Of a stretch of DNA of 64,000 nt, positions 1 through 11,875 are shown in pieces. The stretch lies in NCBI GenBank assembly GCA_964016885.1, contig OZ024754.1, positions 30,256,001-30,320,000 of the forward strand. Reading direction: 5' to 3'. The notes beneath the pieces were generated by a model. It was given only the letters and a program-made list of their open reading frames with translations, searched no databases and was not told the DNA's origin. Position numbers and translations under genes: made by a program. The first letter of the stretch is position 1; the number at the start of each line of letters is the position of its first letter. The stretch comes from Eledone cirrhosa. Taxonomy: Eukaryota.

Positions 1-470
1 ATGTCTATCAGATATAGTCAACAGGTCAGCTATAGTATATGTCTATCAGATATATTCAACAGGACAGCTATAGTATATGCCTATCAGATATAGTCAACAG
101 GTCAGCTATAGTATATGTCTATCAGATATAGTAAACAAGTCATCTATAGTATATGTCTATCAGATATAGTCAACAGGTCAGCTATAGGTTATGGCTATGA
201 GATATATTCAAAAGCAGCGGTCGCCAACCTTTCGGACCTCACAAACCACTAAATTTATAATTTTAAATCCCGTAGACCACTAATATGAATTTTTTTAAAT
301 ACATTTAAATTTTTCTGCAGACCACCAAAATTTTCTCTCGGACCACCGGTTGGCGACTGCTGATCAAAAGGACAGCTATAGAATACGCCTATCAAATATA
401 GTCATCAGAACAGCTATAGATTATGACTATCAGATATAGTGAACAGGACATCCATGGATTATGTCCAGCA
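1..470. repeat. 38-bp minisatellite (ATGTCTATCAGATATAGTCAACAGGTCAGCTATAGTAT), decaying to the right and interrupted by a MITE
   Basis: Unit restarts at 1, 39, 77, 115, 153 and resumes in degenerate form after 371. Confidence 0.9.
215..362. mobile_element. hAT-type MITE, 148 bp
   Basis: TIRs CAGCGGTCGCCAACC (215-229) and GGTTGGCGACTGCTG (348-362), one mismatch; 8-bp TSD TTCAAAAG/ATCAAAAG. Confidence 0.85.
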
Positions 471-703
471 AGAGAATGTGGCCACTCAAGGTCAGATTTG
501 AGTGAGAAACTATATTTTGGCAGAAATGACCAAGTGTGAAAGTATCATCAATAGAAATAACAAGGATATGACTCAATGTTAAACATAAAAGAAAGTAATA
601 CGCTCTTCAAGATAGAAGTTATGTTATGTTTTAACTCAACTGAAGTAGCTAGAGAAAACACTTGATAAAACCTAGTCATGCAAACACAGAGTACTTAACC
701 TGA

Positions 704-900
704 TGTAGTAGTAGTGGTGTGGGGGGGGGGGGGGGGGGGTTGTGGTGGTGGTGGTAGTAGTAGTAGTAATAGTGGTGAAGGTGGCTGTAGTAGTAGTAGC
801 AGTGGTTGTGGTAGTAGTAGTAGTAGTGGTGGTGTTGGTAGTAGTAGTTGTAGCAGCAACAGTGGTGATGGTAGCTGTGGTAGTAATAGTAGTAGCAACA
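704..900. repeat. Compound (GTA)n/(GGT)n trinucleotide and poly-G low-complexity tract
   Basis: Directly visible; source of the poly-T/S/G/V ORFs. Confidence 0.95.
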
Positions 901-1089
901 GCTATGACACCCAATCAAGCCATATAGACAGAGTAAGTAAAGTACACTGCTGCTGCTCTGAGAGTAGAATGTGATTGCTGTAACATCTCTTTGAAATCCT
1001 CTTCTTTAGGTCAACTGAAATGTTTTTGATCTTTCAAACCCTTTTATTGTCGCATTTCTAATGTAATACACAATATTTCAATTGTTTAA

Positions 1090-1308
1090 CCCTTTAGCAT
1101 TTACATTATTCTATAATTCCTATTGTATTTTCACAGTAAAGGCTTTACCTTACATAATTATCTCACATAATATCGAATATATGAGATTTCGATGTTATTT
1201 ATTTTGAGAACAATACCTTAGTGTAGGTATGAACGATCAGTTACAGCTGGTTTGAACAGAAATAGGTGAGAGTTTTGGCCGGATACGGCCAGTTTAAATA
1301 CTAAGGGG
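1090..1308. mobile_element. piggyBac-like MITE, copy 1
   Basis: TTAA|CCCTTTAGCATTTA...TAAATACTAAGGGG|TTAA; homologous copies at 6003-6197 and 44068-44263. Confidence 0.8.
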
Positions 1309-2435
1309 TTAACTCTTTCATTTCCACCTTTCGAATGTAATATACTGTATTTGTGGTGAGTGGAGATGCTGTGCTGAAGAGGATCCCCACCCCAACTCAT
1401 GCAAGTATGGAAAAACAATGATGATGTTGTTGACCATATTTCAATGAAATACACTGTATATGAAGAAACTAACCCATGCATGCCAAGGGAAAAGTATAAA
1501 CCATACAGCTTGGAACCAGTGTTATCACAATTCATATATACATTACTAGCAGAGTAGCCCATCATCTGTATCAGTGGGCTGCTCAACATTACCAGGCTGA
1601 GACCAATCACATCGGTTGTCAGGTCAAGAGTGCTTAAACTGTACAGCCAAAAGATCAACTTGTGGTGTGAGAAGGTTATGCCTAGAAGGAAATTTGGCTA
1701 GTAAGAGAAGCAGAGGTTGGCAACCAAATTTTATGGACTGGACTCGACTTTTGCTCTTTAAACTCTGCTATTGGTGATTGAACTTTGTGGGGAAAAATAT
1801 TCTATGTTGATGTGCAGTCTGCAACTGGCAGAGTTAGCGTCAAGAAAGAGAGCCCATCATTGTCGGACAATTTCCACCACAGAATACCTTTCTTTCATTT
1901 TTCTTTTTATTTCATGTCAGACCATGTCTCCCACGCCACAAGATGATTTCTATGGAAAGTGGACTGGAGCAACATGAAATAAAGTGTTTTGTTGAAGGAC
2001 TCAACATGCTGCTGGGAATCAAACTCATAACCTTACAATTGTGAGCTGAATACCCTAACCACTAGGCCACACTGCACCGAAAAGTCATACACACATTGAC
2101 AATATGATATTGAAAGAGAGACAGAAAAAAAGAGCATTTCAATGGACAATGTAAAAACCATGTGTCAGTGAGGTCCATTCACTAGTCTGATTGGTTATCT
2201 GTCATCTTTCTACTCCTCCCAGTAATGGATATTTTCGTTGATAGAAATGACATATGTTCATATTTATGTGTTTGTTTTTCTTTCATTCTTTTCAAAGGTA
2301 AGAAAATCCATGTGCCCAAAAACCTTCACCTTGGGATGCAGATTTCAAAAATCAAATCTGTTTTTCTCTAGGACGCACCATTTCAAAGCCTCTCGGTGAC
2401 ATATATGTGGTCACAGACACACATACATGTATGTA

Positions 2436-3005
2436 TATCATCATCATCACTGTTTTACGTCCGTTCTTCCACGCTAGCATGGGTTAGATGGATTGTCCTG
2501 TTGTGGGCAGTGTCTACTCGGCTGACCTTGTCTTGCTCATACGAAAACTGATTCTGGCTTGATTTCTACAGCTGGATGCCCTTCCTAACACCAACCTCAT
2601 TTACAGTGAGTGCTGGGTGCTTTTTTCCCCATAGCGCCTACACGTCCACTTTACAGTGTGTGGGCTGGGTGCTTTTTTGCCGTGGTACCTCCACGACCAC
2701 TTTGCAGTGGGAGCATATTGTCTATATGCTTCAGCTTCGGTTTGTACCCATGGAAGGTCGGGTACTCTGTATTACTGCGTGACGCCAGAGGTCACAGTCG
2801 TGTGTCATCGCCTTTGAGAGGTGCAATTGGTAAGGTCGGCTTTTATCACCTCATCCCAGGTCTTCTTGGGTCCCCCCACCCCGCTGCTTCCATCGACTTC
2901 TAGTGCTGTCATCCTTCATACGCATCACATGTCCATACCAACACAACCTCCTCTCCTGCACACAGCTTTTGATTCGTCTTATGCTCAGTCTCTCTTCCAA
3001 TTCGT
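2436..3005 (-). mobile_element. RTE family 1 related 3' UTR/(GAT)n tail plus decayed ORF C-terminus
   Basis: (CAT)n tail and GGATGCCCTTCCTAACACCAACC motif shared with the RTE copies at 31-42 kb; 2830-2960 resembles the RTE C-terminal WYGHV..GRPKKTW region. Confidence 0.7.
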
Positions 3006-3326
3006 TTAATATGTATATATTTATATACATATTAAAACAAATAACGAAACGAAATTAAATTTCGTTTCGTTTGTAACTCACTTTTGTATGACTGACGCTT
3101 AAACAATTAAGTTAAAGATGTACATCCATATATGTATACTGAAATACTAGTATGTATATGAATACACACACGTATACATATGTAGATGTACCAAGTTTTT
3201 TCACTGGTCACTTTACTGTGAGTGGCCAGCTATTCTGTATGTAAACACACAGACAAACCGGTTTTTAGAGTCATACTGGTTTTTGAGGAAACACCTTTCC
3301 TCTATTCTCCAGAAAGCCAGACAAGG

Positions 3327-3371
3327 AATATTGAACTAGTTTCGTTGTTGTTACAACTCATCAGCAATATT
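3327..3371 (-). ncRNA. Minimal type-I hammerhead ribozyme (mirror copy in the left arm)
   Basis: Reverse complement of 3492-3536. Confidence 0.88.
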
Positions 3372-3491
3372 TACCTATCTTCCGGCCTCTCTAGAGAATC
3401 GTAAAAGCACATATCGTTATATAATTTTCATAGAAAAAGCATATAACGATATGTGCTTTTACGATTCTCTAGAGAGGCCGGAAGATAGGTA

Positions 3492-3536
3492 AATATTGCT
3501 GATGAGTTGTAACAACAACGAAACTAGTTCAATATT
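3492..3536 (+). ncRNA. Minimal type-I hammerhead ribozyme
   Basis: AATATTG-CTGATGA-GTTGT(AACA)ACAAC-GAAA-CTAG-TT-CAATATT: 7-bp stem I, 5-bp stem II, palindromic stem III ACTAGT, GUU cleavage triplet. Confidence 0.88.
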
Positions 3537-4014
3537 CCTTGTCTGGCTTTCTGGAGAATAGAGGAAAGGTGTTTCCTCAAAAACCAGTATGACTCTAAAA
3601 ACCGGTTTGTCTGTGTGTTTACATACAGAATAGCTGGCCACTCACAGTAAAGTGACCAGTGAAAAAACTTGGTACATCTACATATGTATACGTGTGTGTA
3701 TTCATATACATACTAGTATTTCAGTATACATATATGGATGTACATCTTTAACTTAATTGTATATACATATTGATAATGCATAAAAATGCTGAAACCGGTA
3801 ATAGACAATTATTAAATATATAAATAGATAAATAAATGCCATTTTTAATTAATAAATAAATCAACTAATACCTTAACATTTCACACAAAGTAAAATATTT
3901 CGTTTTAATCATTTTCTAACCCAGAAAAAAAGAGAGAAAGAAATAAAAAAGGAAAAAAATATATTTTTCTTCCTAATAATCGTCTCTTTCTCCCTCTTTT
4001 CATATATATATATA

Positions 4015-4358
4015 GGCACATGGCTTAGTGGTTAGAGCATTGGCCTTGCAATCGAAAGGTTGTGAGTTCAATTCTCAGACCGGATGATGTGTTGTTTCCT
4101 TGAGCAAGACACTTTATTTCACATTGCTCCAGTTTACTCAGGCTGTAGAAATGAGATGATAGGGACTGGGGTCCCTATCATTCCACTGCAAAGTGGTCGT
4201 GGAGGGGCCGCAGCAAAAAAAGCACCCAGCACTCAATGTAAATGAGGTTGGTGTTAGGAAGGGCTTCCAGCTGTAGAAATCAAGCCAGAATCAGTTCCCG
4301 TCCCACCCTTGCAAGCAGGGAAAAGCGGACGTAAAATGAAATGATGATGATGATGATG
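4015..4358 (+). mobile_element. tRNA-derived SINE family A, full length
   Basis: A box TGGCTTAGTGG, B box GAGTTCAATTC, CORE-like CCTTGAGCAAGACACTT segment, RTE-like 3' tail ending in (GAT)n; six near-identical copies in the window. Confidence 0.9.
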
Positions 4359-4464
4359 AAATATATATATATATAGAGAAAGAGATACATATACTCATAG
4401 ACTCTCAAATATACACCATATATCATGTTATCCAAGGTGTCTGGGACATAACTTTAACAAAAGT

Positions 4465-5272
4465 TATGTATGAATAAAGTGTGTATTTGCATGTGGTGTG
4501 TGTAATATGTATGTATGTAATGATTGTGTGTGTGTATGCATGTGATGTGTTTGGTGTGTGTATACATATGTGTGTGGTATGGTGTGTGTATGTATATATG
4601 TATTTGGTGTGTTGTGATGTGGTGTGTGTATGTATATATGTATGTGGTGTGTGTATATATGTGTACATAGTGTGGTATGGTGTGTGTATGTATATATGTA
4701 TGTGGTGTGTGTGTGTATGTATATGGTGTGGTGTGTGTATGTATATGTATGTGGTGTGGTATGTGTATGTATATGTATGTGGTGTGGTATGTGTATGTAA
4801 TGTATGTGGTGTGTATGTATATACGTATGTGGTGTGGTGTGTATGTATATGTATGTGGTGTGTGTATGTAATGTATGTGGTGTGGGGTGTATATATATAT
4901 ATGTATGTGGTATGGTATGTGTATGTATATATGTATGTGGTGTGTATATGTATATGGTGTGTGTATGTAATGTACGTGGTGTGGTGTGTATATGTATGTG
5001 GCGTGGTGTGGGGTGTATATATATATATGTATGTGGTACGGTGTGTGTATGTATATATGTATGTGATGTGGTATGGTGTATGTATATATATATATATGTG
5101 GTGTGTGTATGTATGTATATATATATATGTGGTGCGTGTATGTATATATATATATATGTAGTGTGGTGTAATGTGTGTATGTATGCTGTGTGATGTGTGT
5201 ATATGTATAATATGGGTGTATAGTGGATGTGATTTACATGTATGTGCACACTATATATATATGTGTGTGTGT
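4465..5272. repeat. Compound (TG)n/(TATG)n/(TGTGG)n microsatellite
   Basis: Directly visible. Confidence 0.95.
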
Positions 5273-6002
5273 TGAGGAGGAGGAAGAGGATAAAGTGTAG
5301 TTAAGTCATAATGTCAGATAGCCAACCTTTTTGTGTCCTAACATGAGTCTTAAATTTCACACCAACTCCCCTTTCTAGTTTGAGACATGATGAAGGTCAT
5401 AGAAACATTCACTGAATTAATGAATATTAACTCCTAGCAGCAGCAGCAGCAGCAACAGCAGCAGAACAATCATTAATTCTGGCCCTTAATGCAGGTCTCC
5501 TTGATTAGCTCTGGAATATATAACACCTTTCAGGTAATAACCCTTAATTGGGTTCATTAAGTCCACACCTCAACCTCCCATCAAATTCTTAGGATATATA
5601 TATATGATGATTTCCTTCAAATGAAACAGGTCTAGTCTTGTAGAAGCCATTTCTATATTAAATTTTTATTTATACATATATATATGCATATCATGATCAT
5701 CACTGTTTAACGTCCATTTTTCCACACTATCATGGGTTAGACAAGTTGTCCAGATGTGAGCAAAGCCAGCTCACACTGGTCTGATTTTGGCTTAGTTTCT
5801 ACAGCTGGATGCCTTTCTTAACACCAACCACACTTACAGTGTGTACCGGTGCCTTTCATCGTGGAACCAAAATGACCATTTTACTGTGTGGACTGGGTGC
5901 TTTTTGTCATGACACCTACACAACCGCTTTACAGTATGGGTTGAGTGCTTTATATATATATATATATATATACTGTATATATATATTTCTTGGATGTTTT
6001 AA

Positions 6003-6197
6003 CCCTTTAGCATACACATTACTCTACTATTTACAATCATATTTTCACAGTAAATCGAATTTACCTCACATAATATCGAATCTATGAGATTTTGATATTA
6101 TTTATTTTGAGAACAATACATTAACATCAGTATGAGCAGCCAGAAGAAAAGAGTGAGAGAGTTCTGGTCAGATACAACCAGTTTAAATGTTAAAAGG
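6003..6197. mobile_element. piggyBac-like MITE, copy 2
   Basis: TTAA|CCCTTTAGCATA...TAAATGTTAAAAGG|TTAA; internal homology to 1090-1308. Confidence 0.75.
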
Positions 6198-8045
6198 TTA
6201 ATGATAGGTACCCCAGCCCTATAATGAAAATCAATGTAAAATGAAGTGTCTTGCTCAAGATCACACAATACATTGCCTATTCCTGAATTAAAACCACAAC
6301 CATAACCACTAGTTCCTGTACCTCCATTATTCATATGTTATAGAGGTTAAATTGTTTCTTGACATTTTTCTAACCATCCGCAAGAAAGAAACATTTTAGT
6401 GATTTGCTTAACTTCTTTCAACTGATTAAATAAATTCAACGGCCATTTGCTGGACAATAGCCTAGGAGAATGACAAAAGGAAAAGTAAAATATCAATATT
6501 ATTAACATAGCAAATATCAAAACACTTAACATTTTCTCTATATTTAACACAACTTTACACTGTCGTAGTTGAAAAGTATTCAATTGGCTTGAATTTTGCA
6601 TGGCAGCCTTTTTTTTTTTGCTGCCAAGTGTGTATGTGTGTATGTACGCATATATGTATGTGCATATGCATGATGTATGTATGTACGTGTGTGTGCATGT
6701 ATGTGTGTGTGTATGTATGTGTGTATGTATGTATGCATATATGTATGTATGTGTGTGTGTGTGTCTGTATGTATGTATGCATGCGTGTATGTATGATGTA
6801 TGTGTGTATGTATATATGCATGTATGTTTATATGTATGTATGACACGAAAAAAAGCACCTTGTCCTCCACCCTGTTAGATGGTCATTTTGATGTCATGAT
6901 AAAAAGCACAGTCCACACTGTAAGGTGGTTGACATTAGGAAGGGCAGTTGTAGAAACCAAGCCAAAATACAGATCAGCATGAGCAAGACCTGGGTCAGCT
7001 GGCCTGACATGTCTCATAACGTGACAACCTGTCTAACCATTGCAAGCATGGAAAAATGGATATTAAGTGATGATGATGATACAGATATATAATTACTAAG
7101 GCCAGTTTCTACCAGCCAGGTACATACGTTTCGTTGATCCAGGGGACCGACTTGTTCATCCTGTACCAATAAAAATTCAATCGGAAAAAGATATAATTGG
7201 GGGGGGGGGGGGGGGGCAAATAAAAGTCAATATTAAATACAAAGAGGCCAGTTCTTTAAAAAGTGTTTAGAAACATGAGGACATTGCGAGAAAAATTTTG
7301 TCCATGTGTTAAGCAGTTTGTTGTGGTGATTATTCAATATCCACCATTTCTCATCATTGCATAATCTGCAGGCTTTGAGCCCATATATATATGGTTGAGA
7401 TTTTTCCAGTATCTTCTATTTGATGGAGAAGTCTACACTCTTGTCTTTGAGTTGCCATATTTTATTTGCCATTTTTTATTTGGGTATCTGAAGGTCATTT
7501 CATGATTAGGAAGCAGTTTTTAAACTGGCTCTCTGACATACCGACGTATTTCCAGGATTAGTTTTGGTGTTATTAAATCAATGAAAAGACCTCAGCTTTA
7601 TATATTAATGAAGTGTTGGCCCTAAAGAGGGCCTTGTAACATTCACTGTTGCAAAGTGTCAATAATGGGGGAGAAGTTACATCATCTTAATTCGTGTTAA
7701 TCTTCCCATGATCCAACACCTTGAAATATCAACAAAATAAACTCTACTCTCAAAGACGGCATGTTACAATTAACATGCAAAGCGTATGAATATTCATCAA
7801 CATACAATTTGGGTTTTATTTTTCGGACTAATCTCATCGTAAGCCAACTTCCAGGTCTGATCATCACAGTTTTTTGTAACTGATCACCGATTCTTGCAGT
7901 TGACCTTAATGTGACCTAAGCGTGTACACATGTTCAGAATCCATGTGGTCAAAATTGGCTATCTGTGCCAGGAACATGAAGCCATGCCTCCTGCATAAAT
8001 AGCAGAGCCTCCAAGTGTATGGGTGTTCTTATAAAAAGAGCAGAT

Positions 8046-8107
<62 letters not shown>

Positions 8108-8369
8108 GAGACATCTGTTCAGTCGTCAACCAAAATTAGATTGTCGTCTGCTTTGTTTGAAATTTCTTTATGTATATTTCTAAGTTGCTGCCTCGTTTTG
8201 GAGGACTGATTTGAGGGAGGAGGAAGTAGAGTAATGGGAGGGAGGGTTTAACATAGAGTAGTAGCATCTCCTCTCCCACCCCTCTCACTGAACCGTCTTC
8301 TCTTTCCTCCTCCATTGTAAAGATGTCCCCAGGGGTTCCATTATTGATTTTTCTTGAAATCCAATTACC

Positions 8370-8502
8370 CAGTCCTGTTTCTGAATATTAGCTTAACATG
8401 TGTGTAAAGTTTCATCAGGATCGGATCACTGGTGTAGGTGCCAACTGGTTATACACAGATTACACAGATACACAGACAGAAATTGCCATTTATATAGTAG
8501 AT
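8370..8502 (-). mobile_element. Probable 5' end of a non-autonomous Helitron
   Basis: Minus strand begins A|TCTACTATATAAATGGCAATTTCTGTCTGTGT, the same layout as the Helitron 5' end at 32116; 3' end not identified. Confidence 0.5.
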
Positions 8503-8507
8503 ATGTA

Positions 8508-8960
8508 CCATCATCATCATCATCATCGTTTAACATCCATTCACCACGCTAGTATGGGTTAGACGTGCTGTCCTGTTGTGAAATCGTCAGGTCGGAGGAC
8601 CATGATTTGCTCACACATAACTGGGTTTCTACGTCTGAATGCCATTCCTAACACCAACCACTTTACAGTGTGGGCTGGGCCCTTTTTGTTGTGACACCTA
8701 CATGACCACTTTACAGTGTGGGCTGGGCCCTTTTTGTTGAGAACACCTACATGACCACTTTACAGTGTGGGCTGGGCCCTTTTTGTTGTGACACCTACAC
8801 AACATGGATTGAGTGCTTATTATTGTGGCTCCAGGATTACCACTTTATAGTGTAGATTGGGGACTTGGGTGCGGGAGATGCTTGGAGAAGTAGATATAGG
8901 AATGGAGTGATTTCAACATGGGAGAGGTATGGGAGGGGTGATGGGAAGGTAGGTGGTGTA
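8508..8960 (-). mobile_element. RTE family 1 related 3' UTR fragment with about 47-bp internal tandem repeats
   Basis: (CAT)n tail, CCACGCTAGTATGGGTTAGAC motif, three copies of ACCACTTTACAGTGTGGGCTGGGCCC. Confidence 0.75.
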
Positions 8961-8989
8961 TACTATATATATATATATACATATATGAA

Positions 8990-9330
8990 GGCACATGGCT
9001 TAGTGGTTAGAGCATTGGCCTTGCAATCGAAAGGTTGTGAGTTCAATTCTCAGACTGGGTGATGTGTTGTTTCCTTGAGCAATACACTTTATTTCACATT
9101 GCTACAGTTTACTCAGCTGTAGAAATGAGATGATAGGAACTGGGGTCCCTATCATTCCACTGCAAAGTGGTCGTGGAGGTGCCACGGCAAAAAAGCACCC
9201 AGCACTCACTGTAAATGAGGTTGGTGTTAGGAAGGGCATCCAGCTGTAGAAATCAAGCCAGAATCAGTTCCCGTCCCACCTTTGCAAGCAGGGAAAAAGC
9301 GGACGTAAAATGAAATGATGATGATGATGA
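8990..9330 (+). mobile_element. SINE family A, full length
   Basis: Near-identical to 4015-4358. Confidence 0.9.
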
Positions 9331-10070
9331 ATGATACATGTATGCGTGTGTGTGTGTGTATGATGGCTGCAACTTGAATTCAAGTAATGCCATTGCTTGA
9401 TACTTAAGCATGAGTATCACAGACGTGGCTTTTTAGTCCTGCTAGGGACTTGCAGGAATACCATGCAAAGAATGTCACATATCAAGCGATGCCTGTGCTT
9501 GAAGCTTTTTTAAGTGAGGAAAGGCCTTGCATGGGGCAATACCACTCTCTGAACATCAAACGCATTTGCCCAAAAGGAAGAACTGGTCTACATCATTGGA
9601 TACAAATGAAGTCGCAGGTTTTTTTTTATCAGAGTGACCTTCTCATAGAGAGATGTCTTAATGATAACTAGGAGTCTCTCGAGCCACAAAAAAAAAAAAA
9701 ATATATATATATATATATATAGCAGAAAGTATTTTAGAATATTTCCTATTTGCTTTTTTATTTTTTTTACTTCTTACATTTGTATTCCATGAATTCTAAA
9801 TAAAAGATTTAGAACGTGTACTGTTCCTGTAACAGATGGATAAAACATTCTGTTCAGATATTCCTACAATATAAACTAGCAGTGTAGTAGGAGGAAAAAA
9901 AATTGCTGAAAGGGAAGTAACTACTACCAACTAAGAATTTGAAAAGTCATTAAACATTCTCAAGTTTACTACGATGAATGCCAAATATTTCTTCGCTTCA
10001 TGACAAACTAACACCATTTTCAAAATCGCTTCATGACAAACTAACACCATTTTCAAAAAACAAGTTTACT

Positions 10071-10270
10071 NNNNNNNNNNNNNNNNNNNNNNNNNNNNNN
10101 NNNNNNNNNNNNNNNNNNNNNNNNNNNNNNNNNNNNNNNNNNNNNNNNNNNNNNNNNNNNNNNNNNNNNNNNNNNNNNNNNNNNNNNNNNNNNNNNNNNN
10201 NNNNNNNNNNNNNNNNNNNNNNNNNNNNNNNNNNNNNNNNNNNNNNNNNNNNNNNNNNNNNNNNNNNNNN
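10071..10270. other. 200-N scaffold gap with duplicated flanks
   Basis: 9802-10070 is repeated at 10271-10507. Confidence 0.95.
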
Positions 10271-10622
10271 AAAAGATTTAGAACGTGTACTGTTCCTGTA
10301 ACAGATGGATAAAACATTCTGTTCAGATATTCCTACAATATAAACTAGCAGTGTAGTAGGAGGAAAAAAAATTGCTGAAAGGGAAGTAACTACTACCAAA
10401 CTAAGAATTTGAAAAGTCATTAAACATTCTCAAGTTTACTACGATGAATGCCAAATATTTCTTCGCTTCATGACAAACTAACACCATTTTCAAAAAACAA
10501 GTTTACTACCAACCTACTTCATTCCCTATCACAGAATTAGATAAAACATAACAAAATTAGCTAAGAGTATGTGTGTGTCATAGTAATGCCTATATATGTA
10601 TGGTGGGGAACACAAACACGTG

Positions 10623-10694
<72 letters not shown>

Positions 10695-10752
10695 AAAAAA
10701 GTTTGGTAGAAATGTCCAAAGGTAGGAGCATTCAGTCCATAGGACGAGTTTA

Positions 10753-10970
10753 GTATATATAATTACAACAGTGACATTAACTTTCATTGGGTTCTGGACC
10801 TGAATTCATTCAGCTAGGATCTGTTCTCTGGTTGTACAAATGAAGTAGATAAGGGATGAAGTAAATTGTATTTCCACAACCAGAGAAGAGCTCCCAGCTG
10901 AATGAGTTAGGGTCCAGAGCCCAACGAAACTTATGTACCTGTTTATGTCACTGTTGTAATTATATATATA
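10753..10970. mobile_element. Imperfect fold-back element with a degenerate hammerhead-like motif in the right arm
   Basis: Arms TATAATTACAACAGTGACAT/ATGTCACTGTTGTAATTATA and TTGGGTTCTGGACC/GGTCCAGAGCCCAA; CTGAATGA-GTTAGGG..CCCAAC-GAAAC-TTAT-GTA at 10898-10937. Confidence 0.7.
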
Positions 10971-11152
10971 TATATATACACACATGAAGGAACACAGTGA
11001 GTGGAGAGATGCTGTGCTGAAAAGGACCCATCCAACCCATGTGAGTGTAAAAACGATGGTGATGATTTATATACATATATACATATATCACCGTTATGCG
11101 TATAATATTTTTTTTTTGGGGGGGGGGGCTATATATATATATATATATATAT

Positions 11153-11326
11153 ATACAAGTTAATATAAATTAATATATTTGTTAAACACAGATACCAACA
11201 TATCCATGTTTGTATTGTAAACGACTAAGCTATGTTTGTATTGTAAACGACTAAGCTATCTTAGTCGTTTACAATACAAACATGGATATGTTGGTATCTG
11301 TGTTTATCAAATATATTAACTTGTAT
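11153..11326. repeat. Fold-back element with an internal 26-bp tandem duplication
   Basis: AACACAGATACCAACATATCCATGTTTGTATTGTAAACGACTAAG mirrored as CTTAGTCGTTTACAATACAAACATGGATATGTTGGTATCTGTGTT; starts at a (TA)n tract. Confidence 0.85.
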
Positions 11327-11732
11327 TACACAGCTCAGAAATACTTCTTTCTTTGAGCTATTTCATTGTAAAGGACTACCTGAGTTTTGAACTCATTATT
11401 AATAGTATATATATATGTGTGTGTAAGTAACTATAGTGGATGAATCCATTATTATTACTCCTGACGTCTGATGACATGCATTTTAGTCTTAATACCATGG
11501 GAATTATTAATTGCATCAGCTAGGTTCATTATTTATATATATTAATGTAACTCTTTATCTGTATAGAAACAATTGTTGAAATTAAAGATGGATTTAATTT
11601 AACAACTTAGATTTCATCCTGTATTAAATATATGTATTAAATATATATTATTAGCCTGCTGTACTGGGACTAGGAAGGCCACAAATCAAAGAAGTATTTG
11701 ATACATGGTAGTAATATGCAGAGTGGGTATAT

Positions 11733-11840
11733 TAGTGGGAGTAGAAGATCTACTGTGAGGTCAACAGTTTCGGCTTGTTACCTCTTCAGAAGTAACTAAC
11801 TGAAACCACTGAGCTCACAGTAGATCCTCTACTCCCACTA
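11733..11840. repeat. 108-bp fold-back with a hammerhead core at its centre (minus strand)
   Basis: TAGTGGGAGTAGAAGATCTACTGTGAG/CTCACAGTAGATCCTCTACTCCCACTA; minus strand CTGAAGA-GGTAACAAGCC-GAAAC-TGTT at 11789-11763; stem I not formed. Confidence 0.75.

Positions 11841-11875
<35 letters not shown>

Larger units (their letters stand above)
3103..3760. mobile_element. Fold-back element: 320-bp arms (3103-3422 and 3441-3760), 18-nt loop, hammerhead in each arm; Penelope pLTR/retrozyme-like
   Basis: Arms are reverse complements (paired coordinates sum to 6863; identical 60-aa ORFs on opposite strands); related partial copy at 15646-15903. Confidence 0.9.

Noticed and set aside
900-1020. Possible minus-strand exon after a TTTCAG acceptor near 1014
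   Set aside because: Two frames stop immediately, the third gives a short unrecognisable peptide, and no donor was found
3222-3641. Two identical 60-aa ORFs on opposite strands
   Set aside because: Consequence of the palindrome; GTG start, no recognisable domain, and they are antisense to the ribozyme
3768-3803. TGATAA-TGCAT..ATGC-TGAAACCGGTA hammerhead-like remnant next to the palindrome
   Set aside because: Core mutated at two positions and stem I unclear; possibly a dead copy but not supportable
4015-4085. tRNA-like sequence (also at 8990, 16052, 20032, 31111, 34977)
   Set aside because: Has A and B boxes but no proper acceptor or anticodon stems, and is always fused to the same body and tail; these are SINE heads
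9978-10420. ORFs spanning the N-run
   Set aside because: Artefacts of translating Ns
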